From the NCBI GenBank assembly GCA_963722185.1, contig CAVRKD010000001.1, forward strand, positions 306,015 to 370,014: a stretch of 64,000 nt of DNA, written 5' to 3'. The translations under genes were made by a program, and so were the position numbers. Below, piece after piece: positions 8,841-17,627 of this stretch. This DNA is from an uncultured Actinomycetes bacterium. Lineage in GTDB: Bacteria > Actinomycetota > Acidimicrobiia > Acidimicrobiales > JACCXE01. Under the pieces are notes generated by a model. The model was not told the DNA's origin. It saw only the letters and a program-made list of their open reading frames with translations, and did no database searches. Position 1 is the first letter of the stretch; the number at the start of each line of letters is the position of its first letter.

Positions 8841-10535
8841 ATGAAACAAAGTGTGTTGAACAGGTATGCGCCGTTCTTGGCGTTAGCCGCGTTGCAGTTG
8901 TTCCTGGTGACGATGTCGGATCCGGTGGCAACGACCACCGCGCTCAATGCCGGCACCGGTACCAACGGTGCGACCAACGGGTCGCTCGCCGCGGGGGCCG
9001 CCAACGGCGGGGTTGTCGGTGCCGCGACTGATGGCGCCGTCGGCGGTAACGGAGTGGTCGGCACTGGAGGCGGCACCAACAACACCGTGCCCGGCGCCAC
9101 CGGCACCGCCAATCAGGCGACGGCGGTGGCGAATGACCGCAGCAAGTGCGCTCCCGGCGGATTGCTCCAGGAGAACGTCACCTGGCAATCGCCGCCTTGC
9201 ATGCCGAAGTTCGTGGGCGACAACGGCGGCGCCACCTTCCGCGGCGTGACCAAGGACAAGATCACCGTCGTCGTCTTCTATCCGAAGTACGAGCAGGGAA
9301 CCCAGCAAGTGCTGGCCGCTAACAACCTCGCCATGACCCCCGAGAAGGGCGAAGAGGTCCACGCCATCCTGGAGAAGTTCTTCAACAAGCACTACGAGTT
9401 CTACGGCCGCAGCATCGACGTGCAGTACTACAGCACCGAGGTGCCAGACGCCGCCACGTTGCGCGCCACCGCCAAGGCGATCGTGCAGAAGTTCAATCCG
9501 TTCGCCGTGCTCTTTTACGCGCAGGGCCTCGGCCCGGCGGCCTTCCACGAGCAGCTGGCGCGTGAGGGCGTGTTGAACCTGGGCGTGATGCCGGTAGGCG
9601 ATGAGTTCTTCATCAACAACGCGCCGCTGGTGTGGAGCCAAGTGATTCAGGGCTACCGCTTCGCCGACATGGCCGCCGAGTACTACTGCAAGCGGATGCA
9701 CGGCAAGAACGCGACGCTGTCGGGCGATCCGCAGATGAGGCTGAAGAAGCGCAAGCTCGGCGTCGTCACCTCCGAAGCGCCCGAGTCCAAAGCCGTCGGC
9801 GACCGCTTCTTCAAGCAGGTGACCGGTGGCATGTGCGGCAGCAAGAACGACGGCACGCAGCAGTACACCTATTCGTCGGATCCGGCGATCGCCGAGGACC
9901 AGCGGCCGGCGTTGGTGACCCGGCTCAAGGAAGACGGCATCACGACTCTGCGCGGCGTGGCGGTGTGCGCCGAAGGCGATCAGCAGCGGTACTTCCCGGA
10001 GATCTTCGCCGCTGAGGTATTCGACGACGACTTCGTAGGACGGGTGTACGGCGCGCTGTGCGGCCCGACGCAGATGAACCAGGTGTTCGGCATTGGCCTG
10101 TTCCCGCGCGCGCATCCGGTGCGTGAGAAGGAGTGGTACAAGGCAATGCAGGACGTGCAGCCCGGTTACGAGGGGCCGTACCTGGCCGAGGGCCCGTTCC
10201 AAGGCCTCGCCTTCCTCGCCCGGATGATTCAGTACGCGGGCCCGAACCTCAACCCGCAGAACGTGTTCGCCGGCACTCGGAAGACGCCGCAGATCGGCGG
10301 CTTCGTGAACGGCAGCCCGTGGCCAGGTTGGAAGTGCTGCAACCCGTTCACGCCTGAGTTCAACATTGCCGTCGACGCCAACTCGTTCACGGCGAAGAAC
10401 GACGCCCGTCAGATCTACTGGAGCAACGCCGAGCGTTCCGAGGGCGACGGGGTGCAGGGCTCGTGGGTCGGCGTGGACGGCTCGAAGCGCTACCGCCGCG
10501 GCGCTTGGACGAAGGGCGAACCGAAGCAGCCGTAA
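8841..10535 (+). CDS. Secreted protein, possible type-I periplasmic-binding-fold (Leu/Ile/Val-binding-like) protein
   Basis: N-terminal hydrophobic signal or anchor (FLALAALQLFLV). This is followed by a ~70-aa G/T/N/A low-complexity region and a ~450-aa globular part. A GGGGGG RBS precedes the ATG. The function assignment is weak. Confidence 0.6.
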   Translation: MKQSVLNRYAPFLALAALQLFLVTMSDPVATTTALNAGTGTNGATNGSLAAGAANGGVVGAATDGAVGGNGVVGTGGGTNNTVPGATGTANQATAVANDRSKCAPGGLLQENVTWQSPPCMPKFVGDNGGATFRGVTKDKITVVVFYPKYEQGTQQVLAANNLAMTPEKGEEVHAILEKFFNKHYEFYGRSIDVQYYSTEVPDAATLRATAKAIVQKFNPFAVLFYAQGLGPAAFHEQLAREGVLNLGVMPVGDEFFINNAPLVWSQVIQGYRFADMAAEYYCKRMHGKNATLSGDPQMRLKKRKLGVVTSEAPESKAVGDRFFKQVTGGMCGSKNDGTQQYTYSSDPAIAEDQRPALVTRLKEDGITTLRGVAVCAEGDQQRYFPEIFAAEVFDDDFVGRVYGALCGPTQMNQVFGIGLFPRAHPVREKEWYKAMQDVQPGYEGPYLAEGPFQGLAFLARMIQYAGPNLNPQNVFAGTRKTPQIGGFVNGSPWPGWKCCNPFTPEFNIAVDANSFTAKNDARQIYWSNAERSEGDGVQGSWVGVDGSKRYRRGAWTKGEPKQP

Positions 10536-10545
10536 GAACGCGAAC

Positions 10546-10599
10546 GCGACTTTCTGCGTTTTGGGGCGCGGCACCCGTCCCTGAAACGCAGAAAGTCGC
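10546..10599 (+). terminator. Intrinsic-terminator-like long hairpin
   Basis: Perfect 16-bp arms GCGACTTTCTGCGTTT / AAACGCAGAAAGTCGC. In RNA the stem can extend by 2 G-U and 3 G-C pairs, leaving a 12-nt loop. It lies 11 nt after the stop of the 8841..10535 gene. Confidence 0.6.
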
Positions 10600-10651
10600 C
10601 TGTGCCGGCTCGATAGATAGCGATTACTATGCACCCCTAAGGGGGAGCACG

Positions 10652-12250
10652 TTGCGCGTACTTGACACGAAAGTGGATAAGCGGTCCGACCTCTTCGCGG
10701 CCAATCGCGAAGGGATGCTCGAGCGCATTGCCGTCATGGAGGAACAGCAGGCGCTGGCCATTGCCGGGGGTGGCCAGCGTTACGTCGAGCGTCATCGCGA
10801 CCGGGGCAAGTTGCTTGCCCGCGAGCGCATCGAGTTGTTGCTCGACCGCGACGCGCCCTTCCTCGAGTTGTCGCCGCTGGCGGCGTGGGGCACCGACTAC
10901 ACGGTCGGCGCCAGCCTCGTCACCGGCATCGGTGTCATCTCGGGCACCGAGTGCGTGGTGATCGCGCACGACCCGACGGTGCGCGGCGGCGCGTCGAACC
11001 CCTTCACGTGGAAGAAGGTCCTGCGGGCGTTGCAGATCTCGCGGGAGAACCGTCTGCCCCTCGTCCAGCTGGTCGAGTCTGGTGGCGGCGACCTGCGGGC
11101 GCAATACGAGCTGTTCATCCCCGCCGGCCGGTTGTTCCACGACATCACCGCCCTGTCGGCCGCCGGCATCCCCACGATCGCGCTGGTGTTCGGCAACTCC
11201 ACCGCCGGCGGCGCCTACGTGCCCGGCATGTGCGACTACGCGGTCATGGTGCAGAACGGCGCCAAGGTGTTCCTCGGCGGGCCGCCCCTGGTGAAGATGG
11301 CCACGGGCGAGGAGTCGACCGACGAAGAACTGGGCGGCGCCGAGATGCACTCCCGCGTGTCCGGCCTGTCGGACTACCTGGCCCGCGACGAGCACGAGTG
11401 CATTCGCATGGGACGCGACATCGTCGCCCACCTCAACTGGCGCAAGCACGGCCCGGCGCCGGCGATGTCGGCCGACGAGCCGCTGCACGATCCCGAAGAC
11501 CTGCTCGGCATCGTGTCGGTCGACCTCAAGGTGCCGTTCGACCCGCGCGAAGTGATCGGTCGCGTCGCCGACGGTTCGCGCTACGAGGAGTACAAGCCGC
11601 TCTACGGCGCCGCGCTGACAACTGGTTGGGCGTCGATCCACGGCTACCCCGTCGGCATCCTCGCCAACGTGCAGGGCGTGCTCTTCAACGAGGAAGCGCA
11701 GAAGGCGACCGAGTTCATCCTGCTGTGCAACCAGACCGACACGCCGCTGGTGTTCCTGCAGAACACGACCGGCTACATGGTCGGCAAGTACTACGAGCAG
11801 CGCGGCATCATCAAGGACGGCGCCAAGATGATCAACGCCGTGACCAACTCGGCGGTGCCGCACCTCACGATCAACATGGCGTCTTCGTATGGTGCCGGGA
11901 ACTACGGCATGTGCGGCCGGTCCTACGACCCGCGACTGCTGTTCACCTATCCGAATTCGAAGACGGCGATCATGGGCCCGGAGCAACTGGCGGGCGTGAT
12001 GTCGATCGTGGCGCGCGAGTCGGCCCGCTCGGCGGGCCGTCCGTTCGACGAAGAAGCTGACGCCATCCAGCGCAAGGCCACCGAGGAACAAATCGAGCGC
12101 GAGTCATTGGCGCTGTTCATGACCGGCCAGGTTTACGACGACGGCATCATCGACCCGCGCGATACGCGCACCGTGCTCGGCATGGGTCTGTCGGCGTGCC
12201 ACTCCGCCACTGTTGAAGGACGCCGCGGCTTCGGCGTCTTCCGGATGTAG
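10652..12250 (+). CDS. Acyl-CoA carboxylase carboxyltransferase (beta) subunit, methylcrotonyl-/geranyl-CoA carboxylase type
   Basis: About 532 aa from TTG 10652, preceded by a GGGGGAG RBS. Carboxyltransferase-type sequence throughout (e.g. FGNSTAGGAYVPGMCDY, NMASSYGAGNYGMCGR). The ORF-track start at 10463 is an artefactual extension. Confidence 0.9.
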   Translation: MRVLDTKVDKRSDLFAANREGMLERIAVMEEQQALAIAGGGQRYVERHRDRGKLLARERIELLLDRDAPFLELSPLAAWGTDYTVGASLVTGIGVISGTECVVIAHDPTVRGGASNPFTWKKVLRALQISRENRLPLVQLVESGGGDLRAQYELFIPAGRLFHDITALSAAGIPTIALVFGNSTAGGAYVPGMCDYAVMVQNGAKVFLGGPPLVKMATGEESTDEELGGAEMHSRVSGLSDYLARDEHECIRMGRDIVAHLNWRKHGPAPAMSADEPLHDPEDLLGIVSVDLKVPFDPREVIGRVADGSRYEEYKPLYGAALTTGWASIHGYPVGILANVQGVLFNEEAQKATEFILLCNQTDTPLVFLQNTTGYMVGKYYEQRGIIKDGAKMINAVTNSAVPHLTINMASSYGAGNYGMCGRSYDPRLLFTYPNSKTAIMGPEQLAGVMSIVARESARSAGRPFDEEADAIQRKATEEQIERESLALFMTGQVYDDGIIDPRDTRTVLGMGLSACHSATVEGRRGFGVFRM

Positions 12251-14250
12251 TGATGACAGAACGACGCGTCATTCGCCGGCTGTTGGTGGCCAATCGGGGC
12301 GAGATCGCCCGCCGCGTCATGCGGACGTGCCGCGACCTTGGTATCGCCACGGTCGCCGTGTACTCGGATCCCGACGCCAACGAGCCGTTCGTGCGCGATG
12401 CGGATATCGCCGTGCCGATCGGCGGTGCCACGCCGGCCGAGTCGTACCTGCGGGCCGACGTGATCATCGACGCCGCCAAGCGTGCCGGGGCCGACGCCGT
12501 GCACCCCGGCTACGGGTTCCTGGCCGAGAACGCGGCGTTCGCCCAAGCGTGCGCCGACGCCGGGTTGGTCTTCGTCGGCCCGTCGCCCGACGCCATCGAG
12601 CAGATGGGCTCCAAGATCGGCGCCCGCGAGATCATGGAGAACGCCGGCGTGCCGGTCCTCCCCGGCGTCGACCTCACCGGCTTGGACGACGCGGCGATCA
12701 AGCAGGCGGCCGACAAGATCGGCTGGCCGGTGCTCGTGAAGGCGAGCTACGGCGGCGGCGGGCGCGGCATGCGCATCGTGCGCGACCCCGCGGACCTGAT
12801 CGAAGCAGTGCAAGGCGCCAAGCGCGAAGCCGCCTCGGCCTTCGGCAACGACACCGTGTTCCTCGAGCGCTACGTCGACAACCCGCGCCACGTCGAGATC
12901 CAGATCATCGGCGACGAGCACGGCACCGTCGTGCACCTCGGCGAGCGCGAGTGCTCGATCCAGCGGCGCCATCAGAAGATCATCGAAGAGGCACCGTCGC
13001 CGGTCGTCGACGAGACGCTGCGCGCCCAGATGGGTTCCGCCGCCGTGCTCGCTGGCAAGGCGATCGACTACGTGGGTGCCGGCACCGTCGAGTTCCTGCT
13101 GGCCAACACCGGTGAGTTCTTCTTCCTCGAGGTGAACACCCGGATCCAGGTGGAGCACCCCGTTACCGAGCTGGTGACCGGCCTCGACCTCGTGCGCCTG
13201 CAACTGCTGGTCGCCCAAGGAGACTCACTGCCGCCCGAGGCGTTCGACCCGCCGATCCGCGGCTGGGCGATCGAGGCGCGGCTGTACGCCGAAGACCCGG
13301 CGAACGACTTCTTGCCGTCGGCGGGCCCACTGCACCGTTTCGACTTGCCCGAAGGTCCCGGCGTGCGTATCGACAGCGGCTTCCAGGCGGGCAGCGTCGT
13401 GAGCGTCAACTACGACCCGATGCTGGCGAAGGTCATCGCCCACGCGCCGACCCGTACCGAAGCGGCGCGCCTGCTGGCGTCGGTCCTGGAGCGTTCCCGC
13501 GTGCACGGCGTGGTGACCAACCGCGACCTGCTCGTCGGCATCCTCGGCGAAGCCGAGTTCCTCGCCGGCGACATCGACACGCACTATTTCGATCGCCACG
13601 CGCCCACCGAGCTGATGGCCGACGCGCTCGACGAGTCACTGGCGCCGCTCGCCGCGCTGGCGGCCGCGCTAGCCGCGCAAGCAGGCCGACGCGCGGAGGC
13701 GCGCGTGCTTCCGGGTGTGCCCTCGGGGTGGCGCAACGCGCCGTCGCAGCCGCAGATCCAGACCTACGCCCACGGCGACACCGAGGTCACCGTCGGCTAC
13801 CGCCTGGGACGCGATCAGCTATTCCAGGTCGACGGCGTCGCCCTCGAAGACGTGGAGGTTGTCACCGCGAGCGAGTCCGAAGTGGTGTTGTCGGTCGGCG
13901 GGATCCGGCGCCGCTTCGAGGTCGACCACCACGACGACTCGATGTACGTCGAGACCTACGGCTACCGCGTCGTGCTCGCCGACGTACCGCGCTTCCCCGA
14001 CCTCGACCACCACGTCGCCGCGGGATCGCTGCTGGCACCTATGCCGGGCACGGTCGTGCGCGTCGAAGTGTCGGCGGGCGATCGCGTCGAGGCCGGCCAA
14101 GTCCTGGTGGTCATTGAAGCCATGAAGATGGAGCACCGCATTACCGCGCCGGTCGACGGCGTCGTGGCCGAGGTGGACGTCGCCGAGGGCGACTCGGTCG
14201 ACGGGGGCCAGGTGCTCGTTGTGCTGACGGAGGAGACAGCCAATGAGTGA
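12250..14250 (+). CDS. Acyl-CoA carboxylase alpha subunit (biotin carboxylase + BCCP)
   Basis: ATP-grasp biotin carboxylase N-terminal region (LLVANRGEIARRV, GGGGRGMR). C-terminal biotinyl-lysine motif EAMKMEH. The start abuts the beta-subunit stop. Confidence 0.92.
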   Translation: MMTERRVIRRLLVANRGEIARRVMRTCRDLGIATVAVYSDPDANEPFVRDADIAVPIGGATPAESYLRADVIIDAAKRAGADAVHPGYGFLAENAAFAQACADAGLVFVGPSPDAIEQMGSKIGAREIMENAGVPVLPGVDLTGLDDAAIKQAADKIGWPVLVKASYGGGGRGMRIVRDPADLIEAVQGAKREAASAFGNDTVFLERYVDNPRHVEIQIIGDEHGTVVHLGERECSIQRRHQKIIEEAPSPVVDETLRAQMGSAAVLAGKAIDYVGAGTVEFLLANTGEFFFLEVNTRIQVEHPVTELVTGLDLVRLQLLVAQGDSLPPEAFDPPIRGWAIEARLYAEDPANDFLPSAGPLHRFDLPEGPGVRIDSGFQAGSVVSVNYDPMLAKVIAHAPTRTEAARLLASVLERSRVHGVVTNRDLLVGILGEAEFLAGDIDTHYFDRHAPTELMADALDESLAPLAALAAALAAQAGRRAEARVLPGVPSGWRNAPSQPQIQTYAHGDTEVTVGYRLGRDQLFQVDGVALEDVEVVTASESEVVLSVGGIRRRFEVDHHDDSMYVETYGYRVVLADVPRFPDLDHHVAAGSLLAPMPGTVVRVEVSAGDRVEAGQVLVVIEAMKMEHRITAPVDGVVAEVDVAEGDSVDGGQVLVVLTEETANE

Positions 14251-15013
14251 GGAACAGGCGGTCCTGTACCGCGTCGAAGACGGCGTGGCGTGGCTGGAGA
14301 TCAACCGGCCGGACGCGCGCAACGCGCTCTCGCAAGCCGTGCGCGAAGGGCTGTGGGACGGGTTCCGTCGCTTCAACGACGACGACGCCGCCAAGGTCCT
14401 CATCCTCACCGCGGTGGGCGACAAGGCGTTCTGCGCCGGCGGCGACCTCAAGGAGATGGCCACGAACGCGCTGACCATCCCGCCGCCCGACTTCCTCCCC
14501 TACCCCGGCCGCAACATCGAAGTCGTCAAGCCGCTCATCGCCGCGGTGAACGGCGTGGCGTATGCCGGCGGCTTCCTGTTGGCGCAGCTGTGCGATCTCG
14601 TGATCGCCGCGGACACCGCGGTGTTCGCCATCACCGAAGCCAAGGTGGGCCGCGGCACGCCGTGGGCGGCGCCTCTGCCGAACCTCATCCCGCCGCGCGT
14701 CGCCATGGAGTTGCTGCTCACGGGCACGCCCATCAGCGCGGCCCGCGCCTATGAAGTCGGCCTCGTGAACAAGGTCGTGCCGCTGGCAGAACTGCGGGAC
14801 ACGGCGCTGGAGATGGCGCAGACGATCGCCGCCAACGCCCCGCTGTCGGTACGCGCCGCCAAGGCGCTGGTGCACGCCGCCGCCGAACTACCCGAGCAGG
14901 CGGCGTGGGACGAAGGCGACCGCCTGTTCGAATCCGTGTACCTCAGCGCCGACGCCCAAGAAGGACCGCAGGCCTTCCGCGAGAAGCGCGCCCCGCAGTG
15001 GAAGGGCCGGTAG
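14243..15013 (+). CDS. Enoyl-CoA hydratase (methylglutaconyl-/isohexenylglutaconyl-CoA hydratase-like)
   Basis: 256-aa crotonase fold (FCAGGDLKE, AAVNGVAYAGGFLLAQLCD). Overlaps the alpha-subunit stop by 8 nt. Confidence 0.88.
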   Translation: MSEEQAVLYRVEDGVAWLEINRPDARNALSQAVREGLWDGFRRFNDDDAAKVLILTAVGDKAFCAGGDLKEMATNALTIPPPDFLPYPGRNIEVVKPLIAAVNGVAYAGGFLLAQLCDLVIAADTAVFAITEAKVGRGTPWAAPLPNLIPPRVAMELLLTGTPISAARAYEVGLVNKVVPLAELRDTALEMAQTIAANAPLSVRAAKALVHAAAELPEQAAWDEGDRLFESVYLSADAQEGPQAFREKRAPQWKGR

Positions 15014-15807
15014 TCGAGTTGGATTACTCGGCGCTGCTCGACGACCTGCAGGCGGAGCACGACGACCTCGCCGCCGCGATGGCCGGAATCAGCGAGACGG
15101 ACTGGGACAAGCCGACACCCGCGCCCCGCTGGTCGGCGCGGGATCAGGTCAGCCATCTGGCGTTCTTCGACGGCATGACGGTCACCGCTCTCACCGATCC
15201 CGACGCGTTCGCCGTCGTGCGCGAAGAGATCATGCGCGACCTCTCCGCGTACGTCGAAGGCGTGGGCGCCCGCAACCGCGACAAGAGCGGCGACGAGTTG
15301 CTGGCGTGGTTCGCCGAAGAGCGCGGCGCGCTCGTGAAGGCGCTGCGCGACATCGACCCCAAGACCAAGGTGCCGTGGTTCGGCCCGTCGATGGCGGCGG
15401 CGTCCAAGGCCACGGCGCGCATCATGGAGACCTGGGCCCACGGTCAAGACATCGTCGACGGCCTCGGCCTCGATCGCCTCGTCACCGATCGCATCGAACA
15501 CGTCGCCCACATCGGTGTGCGCGCCTTCCCGAACAGCTTCAAGGCGCGTGGGTTGGCCGTGCCCGAAGAGCCGGTGCGCGTCGAGCTGACCGGTCCGAAC
15601 GGGCAGCAGTGGCAATGGGGCGACGAGAGCGCGGCGAACAGCGTGCGCGGCCCCGCCGTCGACTTCTGCCTCGTGGCTACCCAGCGGCGCCACCACTCCG
15701 ACACCTCCCTCGAAATCACCGGCCCGGTTGCCAGCGCGTGGATCGACATCGCGCAGGCGTTCGCCGGGCCGCCCGGAGAAGGACGGAAGCCAGGCCAGTT
15801 TCGATGA
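14998..15807 (+). CDS. DinB/maleylpyruvate-isomerase-N-like metal-binding protein (TIGR03084-like)
   Basis: N-terminal LLDDLQAEHDDL...WDKPTPAPRWSARDQVSHLAFFD pattern. The start is GTG 14998 or TTG 15019. The ORF-track start at 14905 lies inside the hydratase gene. Confidence 0.7.
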   Translation: MEGPVVELDYSALLDDLQAEHDDLAAAMAGISETDWDKPTPAPRWSARDQVSHLAFFDGMTVTALTDPDAFAVVREEIMRDLSAYVEGVGARNRDKSGDELLAWFAEERGALVKALRDIDPKTKVPWFGPSMAAASKATARIMETWAHGQDIVDGLGLDRLVTDRIEHVAHIGVRAFPNSFKARGLAVPEEPVRVELTGPNGQQWQWGDESAANSVRGPAVDFCLVATQRRHHSDTSLEITGPVASAWIDIAQAFAGPPGEGRKPGQFR

Positions 15808-17627
15808 CGGATGCGCTGGGGAGCGAGCAGGACGAAGCGGCGCCGGTTCTGGACCCGGCCCTGCGGCGCGGCGGTTGGCGCATCGCCGGCAAGTCGCTGC
15901 GCGACACCAAGGGCTGGATCGTGCTCGGCATCTTCGTGTCGCTCACCTGGGCGGTGCTCAAGCTGTGGTTGCCGCTGATCGTGAAGGACACGATCGACAA
16001 AGGCCTCGATCCCTTCAAGGCCGGGTCGGTCATCGCGTACGGCGCGGTGATCCTCGGCATCACCGTGTTCATCGCCGCGTCGTCGTCGCTGCGGCGCTAC
16101 GCGGCGTTCGCCATCGCCTTGCGATCCGAGACGCACCTGCGCGAGCAGTTGTTCGCCCATCTCCAGCGGCTGCACTGGGGCTACCACGACGAAGCGCACA
16201 CCGGACAGCTGATGGCGCGCGGCACCACCGACCTGCGCCAGATCTCGATGATGGTCGTGTTCATCCCGGCGACCGGCGCCAACTTCGTGATGATCGGCGG
16301 CGCCGCCGCGCTGATGCTGTCGATCAACGTCAAGCTCACACTGGCCGCGCTGGTGTCGCTTCCGTTCCTTGAAATGGCCACCGTCCGCTTCTCCCGCAAG
16401 ACCCAGCCTGAGTCGATGCTCATGCAGCAGCGGCTGGCCGAGATCTCTGGCATCGTCGAAGAGTCGGTCACCGGCGTGCGCGTGGTGAAGGGCTTCGGCG
16501 CCGAAGACATGCAGTTCGGCCAGATGCGCACGCTGTCGCAGCGGGCCTACGACCAGGCGATGAAGCTGGCCCGGCTGCGCGCCACCTTCAACCCGCTGAT
16601 GGAGGTGCTGCCCACGCTCGGCCTGGTCGCCGTGCTCTGGGTCGGCGGCCGCGAGGTCATCGCCGGGCGGCTCAGCGTCGGCGAGCTGACGCAGTTCAAC
16701 CTCTACGTGCTGTACCTCGTGTTCCCGCTGCGCATCCTCGCCAACGCCATCGCGGCGATGGCGCGGGGCGCGGCGTCCGCGGCGCGCGTCTACGAGGTGC
16801 TGTCGACGGTGCCCTCGATCGCCGACGCGCCCAACCCGGTGCCGCTGCCCACCGTCGACAAGGGCGAAGTGCGCTTCGAGCACGTCAGCTTCAGCTACGG
16901 CCACGAGTCGCCGGTGCTCGAAGACCTGTCGTTCACCATCCAGCCCGGCGAGGCCGTGGCGCTGGTCGGGCGCACCGGTTCGGGCAAGAGCACCGTCGGC
17001 CGCTTGCTGCCGCGCTTCTACGAACCGAGCGCGGGAACCATCACCCTCGACGGCGTCGAGATCCGCGACATCGCCACGCATGAGCTGCGCGGCGCCATCG
17101 CCATCGTGTTCGAGGAGACGTTCCTCTTCACCGACACGGTGCGCGACAACATCGCCTTCGCCAACCCCGACGCCTCGGATGACGACGTGGTGCGCGCCTC
17201 GCAACTCGCCGGCGCCCACGAGTTCATCTCCGCCATGCCCGACGGGTACGCCACGATGCTCGGCGAGGCAGGGCTCAGCCTGTCGGGCGGACAGCGCCAA
17301 CGCATCGCGATCGCCCGCGCCATCCTCGCCCAGCCCCGCGTGCTGATCCTCGACGACGCCACCTCCGCCGTCGACCCGACCAAGGAACACGAGATCCGCG
17401 CCGCGCTCGAAACCGTCACCAGCGGCACGACCACGATCATCATCGGGCACCGACCGGCCACCATCGCCCTGGCCGACCGCGTGCTGCTGCTGGCCGACGG
17501 CCGCATCGTGGCCGAAGGCACGCACGAAGAGTTGCTGGCTACCTCCGCCGCATATCGCGAGGTGTTGGCGCAAGCCGAAGCCGAAGAGATCGCCCGCACG
17601 GTGACCGAGGAGGTCGTGTCGTCGTGA
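15804..17627 (+). CDS. ABC exporter half-transporter (TMD-NBD), degenerate-site partner
   Basis: ATGA overlap with the upstream gene. Six-helix TMD, Walker A GRTGSGKST, signature LSGGQRQR, Walker B LILDDATS (Asp where the catalytic Glu normally sits). The ORF-track start at 15306 is an artefact. Confidence 0.9.
   Translation: MTDALGSEQDEAAPVLDPALRRGGWRIAGKSLRDTKGWIVLGIFVSLTWAVLKLWLPLIVKDTIDKGLDPFKAGSVIAYGAVILGITVFIAASSSLRRYAAFAIALRSETHLREQLFAHLQRLHWGYHDEAHTGQLMARGTTDLRQISMMVVFIPATGANFVMIGGAAALMLSINVKLTLAALVSLPFLEMATVRFSRKTQPESMLMQQRLAEISGIVEESVTGVRVVKGFGAEDMQFGQMRTLSQRAYDQAMKLARLRATFNPLMEVLPTLGLVAVLWVGGREVIAGRLSVGELTQFNLYVLYLVFPLRILANAIAAMARGAASAARVYEVLSTVPSIADAPNPVPLPTVDKGEVRFEHVSFSYGHESPVLEDLSFTIQPGEAVALVGRTGSGKSTVGRLLPRFYEPSAGTITLDGVEIRDIATHELRGAIAIVFEETFLFTDTVRDNIAFANPDASDDDVVRASQLAGAHEFISAMPDGYATMLGEAGLSLSGGQRQRIAIARAILAQPRVLILDDATSAVDPTKEHEIRAALETVTSGTTTIIIGHRPATIALADRVLLLADGRIVAEGTHEELLATSAAYREVLAQAEAEEIARTVTEEVVSS

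Noticed and set aside
8883-10634. Very long antisense or off-frame ORFs. Examples: 8883..10634(-), 10637..12091(-), 15444..17573(-), 19649..21007(+), 22693..24801(-), 52438..54108(+), 42174..43397(-).
   Set aside because: They overlap motif-supported genes on the other strand or in another frame. Their translations are Arg/Ala/Gly/Pro-rich with no recognisable motifs. This is typical stop-codon depletion in ~70% GC DNA.
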